Assembly (NCBI GenBank): GCA_963810065.1
Contig: CAWELX010000007.1
Coordinates: 1,170,154 to 1,234,153 of the forward strand
Length of the DNA stretch: 64,000 nucleotides
From: an uncultured Chloroflexia bacterium
Lineage (GTDB): Bacteria; Chloroflexota; Limnocylindria; Limnocylindrales; CSP1-4
Direction: 5' to 3'
The translations under genes and the position numbers were made by a program. Shown here piece after piece: positions 1 through 9,820 of this stretch. Every line of letters begins with the position of its first letter. Within the stretch, counting starts at the first letter, position 1. The notes under the pieces are model-generated. The model searched no databases, was not told the DNA's origin, and worked only from the letters and a program-made list of their open reading frames with translations.

Positions 1-349
1 CGACACCCAGCCCGTCGGGTGCCGTGATGGGCTCGAGGACCTCGAAGCGGTGTTGCTGGTCGTGGCCGCCCGGGCCCAGGCGGCGAGCGGGCTCCGCGGC
101 GCTCACACCCGTCAGGTGGCGATAGAACTCGGCCGTGAAGAAGCCGGCCCGTCTCATCTCGCCGTCGGAGACGATGTCGATGCCGGCCTCCTCCTGGTCG
201 CGGATCGCCGTGTTCACCGCGTCGTCCAGCGTCTCCCGGAGGTCGGCCGGCCCCAGCTCGCCACGGGCGTGGGCGGCCATCGCGGCGACCAGCCACGAGG
301 GGTGGGCGTGCGAGCCGACGACGCTCGTGAGGATGGCGGGGACGGTCAT
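1..349 (-). CDS. Cobalamin-independent methionine synthase (MetE C-terminal / UroD-MetE fold)-like protein, 5' part only; runs off the window edge so it is absent from the ORF track
   Basis: Minus-strand ATG at 349..347. My own translation gives MTVPAILTSVVGSHAHPSWLVAAMAAHARGELGPADLRETLDDAVNTAIRDQEEAGIDIVSDGEMRRAGFF..., with the VVGS..P..W / DLxxxxxxAVxxAIxxQExAGIDIVSDGE pattern typical of MetE C-domain / short archaeal-type methionine synthases. Same strand as the next gene. Confidence 0.5.
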   Translation of the reverse strand, partial: MTVPAILTSVVGSHAHPSWLVAAMAAHARGELGPADLRETLDDAVNTAIRDQEEAGIDIVSDGEMRRAGFFTAEFYRHLTGVSAAEPARRLGPGGHDQQHRFEVLEPITAPDGLGV

Positions 350-402
350 GGACGGTGCTCCGGGTTCCGGCGGGGACGGTGAGGGGCCATGATGCGCCCG
401 GC

Positions 403-1368
403 TCAGCCGGGCGTGGCGGCAAATGCGAACGCGCGGGCCGGGTTCGCCACGAAGAGGAGCGCCTGCTCCGGCGCCCCCAGGCCGCGGGCGGTCATCATCG
501 CTGCGAATTCGTCCAGGAGCCACGCCATGCCCGGGCTCCCGCCGTACGTCGCCCAGTACCCGCGGCGCGCCGCGTCCAGGCCCAGCACCACGCGGTCGCC
601 GAACCCATCCTCGAACGCCCACTCCAGCAGCGTCAGGGTCCCATTCGGCACGTCCGGCTTCCAGCGGAAGCCCTGGTCGTACTCGACCATCGCCCCCGTC
701 GCGAAGACCTCGCGCTGGTACCCGCGGTCGACCACCTTGTCGGTGTGCGAGAGGACGACGTTCTGCGGCGCCACGCCCCTGTCGACCAGGAACCGCGCCT
801 GGATGGCCCCCGCGGTGCCGCCCTCGCAATGCGTGAGGACCGGGACACCGGTCCGGACGTGCGCTTCCGCGGCAGCCGAGTAGACGCGCTCCTGGCGTGC
901 GGTGAGCCGGTCGGCGTCGCCGGCGATCTTGATGACACCCGCCCGGTGCGGCGTGCGCCGGACCACCGGGCCGGCATAGTCGTGCGCGTCGATGCCCTCG
1001 GCGACGTCGGCGACGAAAAGGCCGGCGATCTCCTCGACCGAGAGAATCGACCCCCAGTGGCGGTCGTGGTAGTAGCGCTCGTGGTGCAGCCCGGTCGGCG
1101 CCACGACGTGTACGCCGCTCTGCCGGCTGATCTCGGCCAGCTTCCCCGCGTTCCGGCCGCAGTCGGCCGGCATGGCGTCCACCACCGCGCGAAGCCCCAG
1201 CGCCTGCGCCGGCGCCAGCTCGGCCACGGCGTCCTCGACGGAGTCCAGGCGGAAGTCCGGGAAGAGCTGGACGGGCCGCCCGCCGTCGATGATGAGGTGC
1301 TCGTGGGCGTACGTGACGCCAAGGTCGCCCGGGTCGATGTCGCCCAAGACCGTGCGGACGAAGGGCAC
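403..1368 (-). CDS. Phosphotriesterase-family (PTE/Php, TIM-barrel amidohydrolase superfamily) metal-dependent hydrolase
   Basis: ORF 403..1425(-). The N-terminus (..GVTYAHEHLIIDG..) carries the PTE-family binuclear-metal His motif shortly after the start, and length and composition are protein-like over ~320 aa. The start was set at an internal GTG (VPFVRTVLGD...) and is uncertain. Confidence 0.7.
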   Translation of the reverse strand: MPFVRTVLGDIDPGDLGVTYAHEHLIIDGGRPVQLFPDFRLDSVEDAVAELAPAQALGLRAVVDAMPADCGRNAGKLAEISRQSGVHVVAPTGLHHERYYHDRHWGSILSVEEIAGLFVADVAEGIDAHDYAGPVVRRTPHRAGVIKIAGDADRLTARQERVYSAAAEAHVRTGVPVLTHCEGGTAGAIQARFLVDRGVAPQNVVLSHTDKVVDRGYQREVFATGAMVEYDQGFRWKPDVPNGTLTLLEWAFEDGFGDRVVLGLDAARRGYWATYGGSPGMAWLLDEFAAMMTARGLGAPEQALLFVANPARAFAFAATPG

Positions 1369-1482
1369 GCGGCAGCCTCCCGGGGACCGACGGGCGAGCG
1401 GGCGTGATCCACGCTGCGGGCCCATCGTTGCGAGTCTATCCGATATGGGTCCTATTGGTACGGACCTTTGACCCCGGCCGTA

Positions 1483-3675
1483 TCACGGCTCGCGGTCGTC
1501 GACGGTGCCAGTCAGCATGCGGTTGGTAACCCTGACCCCGACGACGAGCAGGGCCACGAAGAGGATCAGGAGGAGGATTGGCAAGGGCAGGAAGATCACG
1601 ATGTTCGTGCCGGAGAGCAGCGTGGCGGTGAAGATGATCCCCGTCGCGATGATCATGCCGGCGAGGATCATGCCCGCCGCCAGCATCTGGCCGATCCGGC
1701 TGACCTTGCCGATCTCGCGCGAGAGGTCGGCCGTGTTGACCTCGACGACGATCTTGCCCTTCTGGTACTGGTCAAGCCAGGACAGGGTCGCGGTCTGGAG
1801 GTCCGGCAGGCGCCGCCCCAGCTCCTTGCCGGTCTGGACCACCGTCTGGCGCAGCTGGGCGACCATCTTCTCCGCGGTCACCTCGCCGACCAGGAGCTCG
1901 CGGGCGTTCTTCAGCCCTTCGTCCAGGAGGCTGAACGAGGGGCTCAGGGTCCGGGTGATCTCCTCCACCTGGACCATGGCCTTCAGGGCCAGCGTGAAGT
2001 CCTGGTTGAGCTTGAGGCCATTGTCGTACAGCGTCCCCAGGATGCCGGAGATGGCAGCCCCGAAGTCGCCGCTGCCCCCGCCGCCGTACTTCAGGTACTG
2101 GTAGACGATCGCGTCGATCGCCGAGCGCACGCGGTCCGGGTTGACCGTCCCACGCTGCGTGCTCATGCGGGTCACGACGGCCGCGATCCCGGTCGCGTCC
2201 TTCTGGACCACCGACCACATCAGGTCAAGCAGGTCGAAGCGCTGGTCGCGGTTCAGCTGGCCGATGAGGCCGAGGTCCAGGAAGACGATCGTCCCGTCGC
2301 GCGTGTCGACGAGCACGTTCCCCGGGTGTGGGTCGGCGTGGAAGAAGCCGTCGACGAGGACCTGCTTGATGATCGCCCGCAGGAAGCTGCGCGCCACGAC
2401 GTCGCGGTCGACGCCGGCAGCCCCCATCGCCTCGACGTCGCTGATCTTGACGCCCCGGATGAACTCCATCGTGAGGACCCGCCGCGCGCTCCGAAGTCCA
2501 TCCACGTCGGGCACGCGGACCCCCTCGATCCCGGACATGTTCTCGGCGAGGCGACGCATGTGGTACGCCTCGTTGCGGTAGTCGAGCTCGATGAGGACGC
2601 CGGCGGCAAACTCCTCGAGGATGCCCCGCGCGTCCATCCGGCGGGCCAGCTCGAAGCGGTCCTCCATGACGCCCGCCAGGTCCTGCATGACGCCGAGGTC
2701 GGCGGCCACCATCGTCTGGACGTCGGGCCGCTGGATCTTCACCACGACCTCTCGGCCGTCGGGGAGCGTCGCGCGGTGGACCTGGGCCAGCGAGGCCGCG
2801 GCGAGCGCCTCCTCATCGAACGTGGCATAGAGCTCGGAGGCCGGCCTGTGCAGCTCCGACTCGATGATCGCGTGGGCGTTCGCGGCGGGGAACGGCGGGA
2901 CCGTGTTCTGGAGCTTGGCCAGCTCCTCCTGCCACGCCGGCGGGAGCGCCTCGGCGCGGCTGGAGACCATCTGGCCGATCTTCACGTACGTGGGGCCAAG
3001 CTGCTGGAGCATGACCCGCACCTTCGCCGGCGTGCTGAGAGCCGAGAGCTCCCGGTTCATGCCGCCGACGAGCTTCTGGAAGCGGTCACGGATGACGGCC
3101 ACCGGCGTGGACTCCAGGCCGATCTCGAAGCCGAAGGCGGCCACGGTGTTGTAGACCTGGATCAGGCGCAGGTTCTCGACGAGCTTGCTGCGGCGCGGCG
3201 TGGGCAGGCGATCGAGGAGCCGCCAGATGGCGCGCTGGCGGTCGCTCATGTCGAGCTGTGGCCGGTCGATGCCGACGACGATGTTGATGCCGCTGGCGAG
3301 CAGGGTGAACACGAGCGCGATCAGGGTGCCCCAGAGCCAGGTCGGCTGGGCGACCACGAACTCGCCCGGCGCCAGCCAGCTCGCGATGAACACCAGGAAG
3401 ACGTTCACGACGATCAGGATCAGGCCCATCGAACGCAGGAGGAGGCGGCCGGCCAGGACCAGGACGACGGGCCGGACGAACGCCCCCACGAGCGCGACGA
3501 AGAGGGCCATGAAGACGAGCGTGAGGACCGGATTGGACCCGAGCGCGAGGGCCGGCCCATTGAACGCAGCTCCGGTGAACGGGTCCGTGTAGTCGACCTT
3601 GATCAGGGAGAAGACGAAGAGGACGAGAAGGATCGTCAGCGTGTTGACGATGACCTGGGCGAAGAACCGTCGCAT
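1483..3675 (-). CDS. ABC1/UbiB-family atypical kinase with an extra N-terminal ~130-aa 4-TM domain and a C-terminal TM segment
   Basis: 730-aa ORF. The ABC1 signature QLGPTYVKIGQ, kinase-like HADPHPGN and D..LIGQL (DFG-like) motifs are present. The N-terminal ~130 aa are four hydrophobic helices (holin-IV/DUF360-like) before MSDRQRAIWRLLDRLP, which is where UbiB-like proteins usually begin. Confidence 0.8.
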   Translation of the reverse strand: MRRFFAQVIVNTLTILLVLFVFSLIKVDYTDPFTGAAFNGPALALGSNPVLTLVFMALFVALVGAFVRPVVLVLAGRLLLRSMGLILIVVNVFLVFIASWLAPGEFVVAQPTWLWGTLIALVFTLLASGINIVVGIDRPQLDMSDRQRAIWRLLDRLPTPRRSKLVENLRLIQVYNTVAAFGFEIGLESTPVAVIRDRFQKLVGGMNRELSALSTPAKVRVMLQQLGPTYVKIGQMVSSRAEALPPAWQEELAKLQNTVPPFPAANAHAIIESELHRPASELYATFDEEALAAASLAQVHRATLPDGREVVVKIQRPDVQTMVAADLGVMQDLAGVMEDRFELARRMDARGILEEFAAGVLIELDYRNEAYHMRRLAENMSGIEGVRVPDVDGLRSARRVLTMEFIRGVKISDVEAMGAAGVDRDVVARSFLRAIIKQVLVDGFFHADPHPGNVLVDTRDGTIVFLDLGLIGQLNRDQRFDLLDLMWSVVQKDATGIAAVVTRMSTQRGTVNPDRVRSAIDAIVYQYLKYGGGGSGDFGAAISGILGTLYDNGLKLNQDFTLALKAMVQVEEITRTLSPSFSLLDEGLKNARELLVGEVTAEKMVAQLRQTVVQTGKELGRRLPDLQTATLSWLDQYQKGKIVVEVNTADLSREIGKVSRIGQMLAAGMILAGMIIATGIIFTATLLSGTNIVIFLPLPILLLILFVALLVVGVRVTNRMLTGTVDDREP

Positions 3676-4328
3676 GGTCGAAGGCCTCCCGGCTCCTGGC
3701 GGCGCTCAGGCGCCGGGGGTGGTGTCGTCGGTGACGGGCGCATCGGCGGGCGGCGGTTCCGCGGTGGCCAGGTCCAGGGCGAGCTCGGGCCTGGCCGGTT
3801 GCGTCATCGGTTCGGCGGGAGCGACGGTGTCGGCCGGGGCGACCCTCGGCACGACAGCGGCGGCGACGGGCGCCACCACTCCGGCCGCCCCAGCCGCTTC
3901 GTCCGGCGGCGCTCCAGCCCCCGCGGCTCCGTCGTCGGGCAGCGCCGCGGCGATCTCGCCGATCCGCGAGCGCAGGTCGGCGGTCGCGGTCTCGAGCTCG
4001 CGGGCCGCCAGCCGGACGGCTCGGCCGACCTCCCGCAGGACGGGCTCCCACTCCGTGGCGGCCCGATCGACTTCCGGGCGCGCCTCGTCGCGGATGCGCT
4101 CGATCAGCGCGCGGCCCTCTGTCGAGGACGCGAACAGCGCACCGGCGGCACCGGCGGCGGCGCCCATCACGAACCCCACGATCTCGCGCACCGCGCTTCC
4201 TCCACGCTCGTCGGTCTCGACGGGCGCTCGGCGCGCCCGACGGCAAGGATCGCATCCACGCGGTCGTCGTGCACCGCCCGCGGCGGCGGCTGCCGCGGCC
4301 CGCGCAGGGGGTCGGCGGCCTGGCCGCG

Positions 4329-5680
4329 TCAGGCCGGCGCGGCGCCGCGGAGCGCGTCGATCTCGAGAATCGCCCCGGCCGCGCGGAGGCGATCGCGGAG
4401 CGCTGCCGGATCCAGGGCGCGGGGCTCGCGCCCTCGTTCGGCAGCCATCGCGGCGGCCGTGCCGGCGGCCTGGCCCATCGCCATGCACTGGGCCATGGAG
4501 CGGACCGAGGCGTGGGCGTCGTGCGTGGCCGAGAAGCAGCGGCCGGCGACCAGGAGGTTGACGGCATCGCGAACCAGCAGCGTCCGGTACGGGATGCCGA
4601 CCGCCTGGCCGTCGGGAAGGTAGTCCCAGCGCGGTGTCCGCACCCTCGTGATGGTCCTCGATCGGGGCGCCGCACAACCCGACCTGGTCGTCGAACTGGC
4701 GCGCGCCCAGGACGTCCTCCCGGGTGAGCCTGTAGTCCCCGTGGACGCGGCGGGTCTCGCGGACGCCGATCTGGCTGGACAACGTTGCGAGGGCCGCGCG
4801 CTCGTAGCCGGGCACGCGGTCCACGAGGAAGCGCACGTACTCCAGGGCCTGCCGACGCCCCTCCATCTCGCGGCGCGAGAGGAGCTCGGGATCCGTCGCG
4901 TTGACGACGCGTCCCTCGCGCGCCTCGAAGGAGGGAAGGCGGGTCATGACCGTCGCCGTCATCCCCTCCACCGGGGTCGCGTGGTCGGACCCCTCCAGGC
5001 GCGGGAGGTCGTAGGCGCCGGAAGCGGCGGCCTGCGCCATCAGCCCGTGGAGCTTGTCGTTCGAGACCTCCAGGCGCCGGTTCCGGTCGACGTTGACGAG
5101 CTTGAAGGTTGTCGTGAGCGTTTGCGCCGGGGCCAGCTCGCCGGCCTGCTCGTAGCCGAACCCGCCGAAGGCGCACAGATCGGCGTCGCCCGAGGCATCC
5201 ACGAACACCCGCCCGGCCACCAGCACGAGACCCGCCTTCGTGGCCACCACGACCTCGGTGACGCGCCCGTCGCAGACGACGACGTCCGCCAGGAAGGCGT
5301 GGAGCAGGACCCGCACCCCGGCGGCGACCACGAGCTCCTCCCAGGCGACCTTCAGGTGCTCCGGGTGATAGGTGATCCCGGTCCCGGCGCCGTACGTGTT
5401 GGGGCGCTCGACCACGCGGCCCCAGGCGGCGCAGGCTCGCGACCACGTCATCCGGGATGCCGCCGACGATCTTCCGCGGTGCGCTCCCCGGCGTAGAGAA
5501 CCCATAGAAGGTGTCCAGGACGGCGGTGCTCGTGCCGCCCAGGAAGCCGTTCTTCTCGATCAGCACGACCGACGCGCCCGTGCGGGCCGCGGCGATCGCG
5601 GCCGTCGAGCCGGCCGATCCCGAGCCCACGACCACGACATCGGCCGAGGCGGCGAGCGGGTAGGCGCGTGAGGCCTTCAT
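4329..5680 (-). pseudogene. FAD-dependent oxidoreductase (GIDA/FixC-like dinucleotide-binding fold) interrupted by two single-base frameshifts
   Basis: The N-terminus MKASRAYPLAASADVVVVGSGSAGSTAAIAAARTGASVVLIEKNGFLGGT (GxGxxG FAD fold) lies in the frame of ORF 3086..6160. After ..VASLRRLG the protein continues in the frame of ORF 3706..5505 (VVERPNTYGAGTGITYHPEHLK ... VFVDASGDADL ... CGAPIEDHHEGADT). It then continues in the frame of ORF 4329..4643 (RWDYLPDGQAVGIPYRTLLVRDAVNLLVAGRCFSATHDAHASVRSMAQCMAMGQAAG). The shifts are at ~5440 (GGGG run) and ~4640. The start ATG overlaps the SDR stop (ATGA at 5677-5680). Confidence 0.6.
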
Positions 5681-6486
5681 CACGATGGCGAGACCTGCGT
5701 CACGGACCACCCGCCGTCGACCAAGAGGAGCTGGCCGGTCACGTGGCGTGACTCCCCGGAGAGCAGGTAGACGGCGGCGGCCGCGACGTCCTCGGACGCC
5801 AGGAAGGCGCCGGCGAGCGGCTGCTTGCGCCGCGCGAAGGCGGCCGTGGCCGGATCCTCCGCGGCGCGCGCGGACATGGGCGTCGCGACCAGCGACGGTG
5901 CCACGACGTTCACGCGGATCCCGTGCGGCGCGTAGTACGCCGCCATGGTCGTGCCGAGGGCCGCGATCGCCCCCTTGGCCGCGGCATACGCGTGCGTGGC
6001 GAAGAGCTCCGGCACCGGGTGGGAAGCCAGGACGCTGCCCATCAGGAGCAGCGCTCCGCGGCTCCCGTCGGCGTCGGGCTCCTGGTCCAGCATCCGGCGC
6101 AGCACGGCCCGCGCTGCCAGCACCTGGGTGGTGAGGTTCAGGGCGAGGGTGCGGTCCCACGCGTCGCGGGTCAGCTCATGAACCGGTCCGTCGCCGAAGC
6201 GGCGGCCGGAGCCACCTGCGACCGCGAAGAGCCCATCGAGGCGCCCGAACCGGGCAGCCGCGGCCTTCACGGCCGCCTCCACCTGTGCTTCGTCGGTCAG
6301 CTCGGCCGGCAGGCAGGCGGCCTCGCCGCCAGATGCGGTGATGTCGTCCACCAGCGCAGCGCAGTGCTCGGCCGTTCGCGATGTCACGAAGACGCGCCCA
6401 CCCTCCGCGGCGAACCGGCGTGCCGCGGTCGCGGCCATCCCGGTCGAGCCCGTCACGAGGATGGTGCGGCCCGCCATGCGGTTCAT
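5680..6486 (-). CDS. Short-chain dehydrogenase/reductase (SDR) family oxidoreductase
   Basis: The real start is MNRMAGRTILVTGSTGMAATAARR (a TGxxxGxG Rossmann fold) at 6486..6484, and the protein reads YAAAKGA (catalytic YxxxK). The upstream 144 codons of the track ORF are a low-complexity artefact. The stop overlaps the downstream FAD-oxidoreductase start. Confidence 0.8.
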   Translation of the reverse strand: MNRMAGRTILVTGSTGMAATAARRFAAEGGRVFVTSRTAEHCAALVDDITASGGEAACLPAELTDEAQVEAAVKAAAARFGRLDGLFAVAGGSGRRFGDGPVHELTRDAWDRTLALNLTTQVLAARAVLRRMLDQEPDADGSRGALLLMGSVLASHPVPELFATHAYAAAKGAIAALGTTMAAYYAPHGIRVNVVAPSLVATPMSARAAEDPATAAFARRKQPLAGAFLASEDVAAAAVYLLSGESRHVTGQLLLVDGGWSVTQVSPS

Positions 6487-7376
6487 CGGACCCGCCGGGC
6501 AGGCCGGGCAGGCCGGGCGGGCTGGGCAGGCTGGGCCGCCTGGGCCGGTCGCGCCGTGCGGGTGGCTCCCGACCGAGCTGCACCGCGCCGCGGCGCCAGC
6601 GCCGGCGAAGGCGTCGCGAGCGCGACCTCGGCGATCATCCGCTCCTCGCCGGCCGGCGGCGGCTCGTTGATGCGACGCTCCAGCAGGAAGCGGGTCCGAT
6701 CGCCGCGGAGCAGCGCCTGGGTGTGCTCCACGGCCCGCCCCTGCGCATCGGTCGTGACGCGCCGGATCATCAGGGCCGGGGTGTTGCGCGGAACGCCGAG
6801 CTGCAGGGCCTCCTGCGGCGTGAGGATCACCGGTTCCAGGGTCTCCACGGCCGTGGCGACGCGGCAGCCGTAGTCCTCCAGCAGGACCTCGTACAGCGAG
6901 CGGACCGCCAGGTCGCACGTCTCGAGGCCCGGGAAGCGCGCAGCCGGCAGGTTCGACGACTCGAGGATCAGCGCCTCCGCCTCGACGGCGCGAATCCGCT
7001 CCAGGTGGACCACCGGGTCGCCGGGGAGGATCCCCAGCTCCGCGGCGCTGGCACGACCGGCATCGACCACCGCGGCCGCCACGACGCGCGTGGTCAGCTG
7101 CATGCCCCGCGCGCGGAGGGCCTCGCGGTAGCTGAAGAACCCGGCGAGATCGGCCTGGACCCGCGGACGGGCCACGAAGGTGCCGCGTCCCTGGTGCCGC
7201 GAGATCAGGCCGCGCTGCTCAAGCTCCGCGAGGGCCTGGCGCAGGGTCGCCCGGCTGACGTCGAGGTCGCGGCACAGCTCGCGCTCGGGAGGGAGCCGGT
7301 CGCCGGGCGCCCACTCGCCGGCGTGGATGCGGGCTTCGACCCGGCCCGCGGTCGTGGCGTGCAGCGGTTCGCGCAT
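6483..7376 (-). CDS. GntR-family (HutC/UTRA subfamily) transcriptional regulator with an unusual ~50-aa Pro/Ala/Gln/Arg-rich C-terminal tail
   Basis: 297-aa ORF. It has an N-terminal wHTH (LPPERELCRDLDVSRATLRQALAELEQRGLISRHQGRGTFV) and a UTRA-like effector domain. The tail ..PAQAAQPAQPARPARPARRVR is encoded by the caggccggg-type repeat at 6486-6560. Its stop overlaps the SDR start. Confidence 0.8.
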   Translation of the reverse strand: MREPLHATTAGRVEARIHAGEWAPGDRLPPERELCRDLDVSRATLRQALAELEQRGLISRHQGRGTFVARPRVQADLAGFFSYREALRARGMQLTTRVVAAAVVDAGRASAAELGILPGDPVVHLERIRAVEAEALILESSNLPAARFPGLETCDLAVRSLYEVLLEDYGCRVATAVETLEPVILTPQEALQLGVPRNTPALMIRRVTTDAQGRAVEHTQALLRGDRTRFLLERRINEPPPAGEERMIAEVALATPSPALAPRRGAARSGATRTARPAQAAQPAQPARPARPARRVR

Positions 7377-7614
7377 CGTCGGGTGGTCGCTCCCTGGGCG
7401 CCGCCGGTCGGCGCCGACCGGTCTCCACGCATCCTACCTCGAATGGTGTGAGTGGTACATACCATTTGGCAGGGCTCGGTGGCGCGCGACGCCGCTGCGG
7501 CCGTCGGTCGGCGAGCGTCGGCGCGCACCTGGGCGGCCGCCGGACGGTGGCCGGGTGCTTAGCCCCCGGCGGCGGTGGCCGGGTGCTCGGCCCCCGGCGG
7601 CGGCGGCCGGGTCC

Positions 7615-8362
7615 TCAGCCCCCGGCGGCGTCGGCCGGTGTGGGCGAGCGAAGCTCCAGCGGTCCAGGGCCGGTGGCCGGGGCGCGGCCCCGACGCTCGC
7701 GGCGGGCCATGACGGACTCGGCGATCCGGTAGACCGTGAGGAAGACGACGACGGTGGTCGCCGCGACGTACACCCACCAGGCCCACGGCGTGGAGGTGTC
7801 GGTGCCGCTCAGGATGCCGTGTGCCGTGGTGAAGGCAAAGGCCAGGAACGTGACGTAGTGGAGAAGGCGCCAGGAGCGCTGGCCGATGCGCCGGCGCAGG
7901 TGGAAGCTGGCGTACACGATCGCCACCAGGTAGATGGCCAGCTGGCCGAGGCCCACCCAGACCGGGCGGTAGGGCGACGCGAACGGGACGACCATCTCGG
8001 CGAAGCTGAAGGGCACCGTTGCATCGAGCCCCAGGAGCACCACGTGGACGCCGGCCAGGCCGAGACCGATCGCCGACAGGTCCTGGTGGAGGGCGAACGT
8101 CACGGGCCGGTGGGCGATCGGCGTCGAGGATCTTCGTGGACAGGAGGAGCCCGTAGATCACGGAGCCGGCGATGGCGAAGTAGGACAGGAACGCGGTGAT
8201 CCGGGTCGCCACCCACGGCAGCCGCTCGGGCGCGCTGCCGGCGAGCCGGACCAGGCCGTCCACGGCGAAGGGCAGCGTCGTCCCCAGCACGATCCCGACG
8301 GCGATGGCGAAGAGCCCCCACCGGACCAGGCTCGTGCGCGAGGAGAGTCCGCGGTACGTCAC
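7615..8362 (-). CDS. Ferric-reductase-like transmembrane (heme-binding) domain protein, apparently frameshifted
   Basis: The N-terminal part (frame of ORF 7559..8362) reads VTYRGL..LFAIAVGIVLGTTLPFAVDGL..ITAFLSYFAIAGSVIYGLLLSTKILDADRP. The continuation (frame of ORF 7615..8103) reads VTFALHQDLSAIGLGLAGVHVVLLGLDATVPFS..IYLVAIVYASFHLRRR..LLHYVTFLAFAFTTAHGIL, with the paired His of the FRD fold. The shift is at ~8080. The GTG start overlaps the apbE stop. Confidence 0.5.
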
Positions 8363-9367
8363 GCGAGGAACCTCGACGTGCGGGGCAGGGCGACGGTCCG
8401 GCCGTCGGCCAGGAGAGCGATCGCCCCCAGGGCAGGGCTCCGCTCGACGAGGTCAAGCCCGGTGGCCGCACCGAGGATCACGATCGCCTTGGCATATGCC
8501 TCGGCCTCGCGGGCCGACCCGGCGACCACCGTGGCCTGGACGACGTCGGATCGCGCCGGAGCGCCCGTCGCCGGGTCGATGAGGTGGTGGCGCCCCTCGT
8601 CCGCCCCGCCCCACCGATGGATGCTCGTGCCCGACGTGGCAACGCCGTAGGTCCGGCCGCCGAACGGTCCCCCGGGGAGCACCAGGACCGCCAGGAGGGA
8701 TGCGTCGTCACGGGGGTCGCCGACGCCGATCTCCCACGACTCGCCGGCGATGACGCGCACGGCGACGTCCCCGTCGGCGTCGACGAGGGCGCCGGCCCAG
8801 CGGAGGCCCGCGAGCGCCCGATCGGCCAGCCAGCCCTTGCCCACGCCGTCGAGATCGAGGCGAACGCCGGGCTCCCGGTCCACGACCCCGGAGCGGTGCC
8901 GGCCGCCGCCCCGGACGTCCCACGGTCGCGCGGCCGCATCGCCGACCCCGAGCGTCGAGGCGTGGGCGGTCGCTCCGGCAGATCCCGCGGGACCTTCCTC
9001 GGCGCGCAGGCGTGCGTCGAGGAGCGACACGTCGACCGCCCCGCCGGTGATCTCGCCCGCCTCGCAGCGCCCAGCGGAGCGCCGCGGCGAGCGTCGGGCC
9101 GACCGGTACCTCGGACCGCGGGTCGGCGTTGAGGAGCATGAGCCGGGACGCCGGGTCGTGCCGGGTGAGCATCGCGGCCCAGGCCCGGACGCGTGCCGCC
9201 ACGCGCCGCATCTCACGCTCGACGGCAGGTGCGTCCCCAGCAGGCGCGGTGACGTGGATCTCGAGGCGACCCCCCATGGCCTGCGCCCGGTGCACGAGAC
9301 GCGAGGCGGTGTCGATCGTGTCCACGTCGGCGGCAGGACCGGCCGGCAGGGCGACGGATCCGATCAC
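8359..9367 (-). CDS. apbE: FAD:protein FMN transferase (ApbE family), apparently frameshifted once
   Basis: N-term MIGSVALPAGPAADVDTIDTASRLVHRAQAMGGRLEIHV...RLMLLNADPRSEVPVGPTLAAALRWA (frame of ORF 8708..9367). It then continues as GEITGGAVDVSLLDAR...RLDLDGVGKGWLADRAL...GSAREAEAYAKAIVILG (frame of ORF 8359..9216). These are the ApbE hallmark motifs. The shift is at ~9065. Confidence 0.65.
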
Positions 9368-9654
9368 GGCTTGACGACAGTCCCGGACTGGGTGGTCGTG
9401 ACGACGACGGTCTGCGGCTTCGCGACGGGTGCCGGGAGCTGGGTCACCACCACGTTCGGCCCGGCGCTCTGCGGTGCCTTGACGCCCGGTGGGAGCTTCA
9501 CGACGCGGGTGACCTGCGTGACGATGGCGGCGTCCGCGGGTGTGTCCGCCTGGGCCATGACCAGCGGGGCGCCGGCCGGAAGGGCGGCGCTCGAGATCGT
9601 CGCCAGGAGCGCGGAGAGGGCGGCGACTCCGCCCGCGGCCAGGGCGAAGCGCAT
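9364..9654 (-). CDS. Small secreted Pro/Val/Thr-rich protein (signal peptide + ~65 aa)
   Basis: MRFALAAGGVAALSALLATISSAALPAGAPLVMAQADTPADAAIVTQVTRVVKLPPGVKAPQSAGPNVVVTQLPAPVAKPQTVVVTTTQSGTVVKP. The stop overlaps the apbE start (operon with the flavinylation genes). Confidence 0.4.
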   Translation of the reverse strand: MRFALAAGGVAALSALLATISSAALPAGAPLVMAQADTPADAAIVTQVTRVVKLPPGVKAPQSAGPNVVVTQLPAPVAKPQTVVVTTTQSGTVVKP

Positions 9655-9820
9655 CGGGCGCGGGTCAGGGCGCGACGCCGCCGCACGGCCGTGGGCGGCT
9701 GGACCCGCGGCGGCTCCTGTGGCAGCCGGGCGGCCGGAGGCGGGAGCACCCGAGCGAGTGGCCCGGGCTGGCGTGCCGGGCGCGGTCTCCCGCGGGGCCG
9801 GGTTCTCGCGGAGCGCCATC

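Noticed and set aside
1468-4623. 1051-aa + strand ORF and the 1024-aa ORF 3086..6160(-)
   Set aside because: Arg/Gly/Pro/Asp-rich low-complexity translations, typical of antisense or out-of-frame reading of 72% GC DNA. They overlap the well-supported UbiB, SDR and FAD-oxidoreductase genes. Only the first ~90 codons of the 3086..6160 frame after the internal Met (MKASRAY...) are real, as the FAD-oxidoreductase N-terminus.
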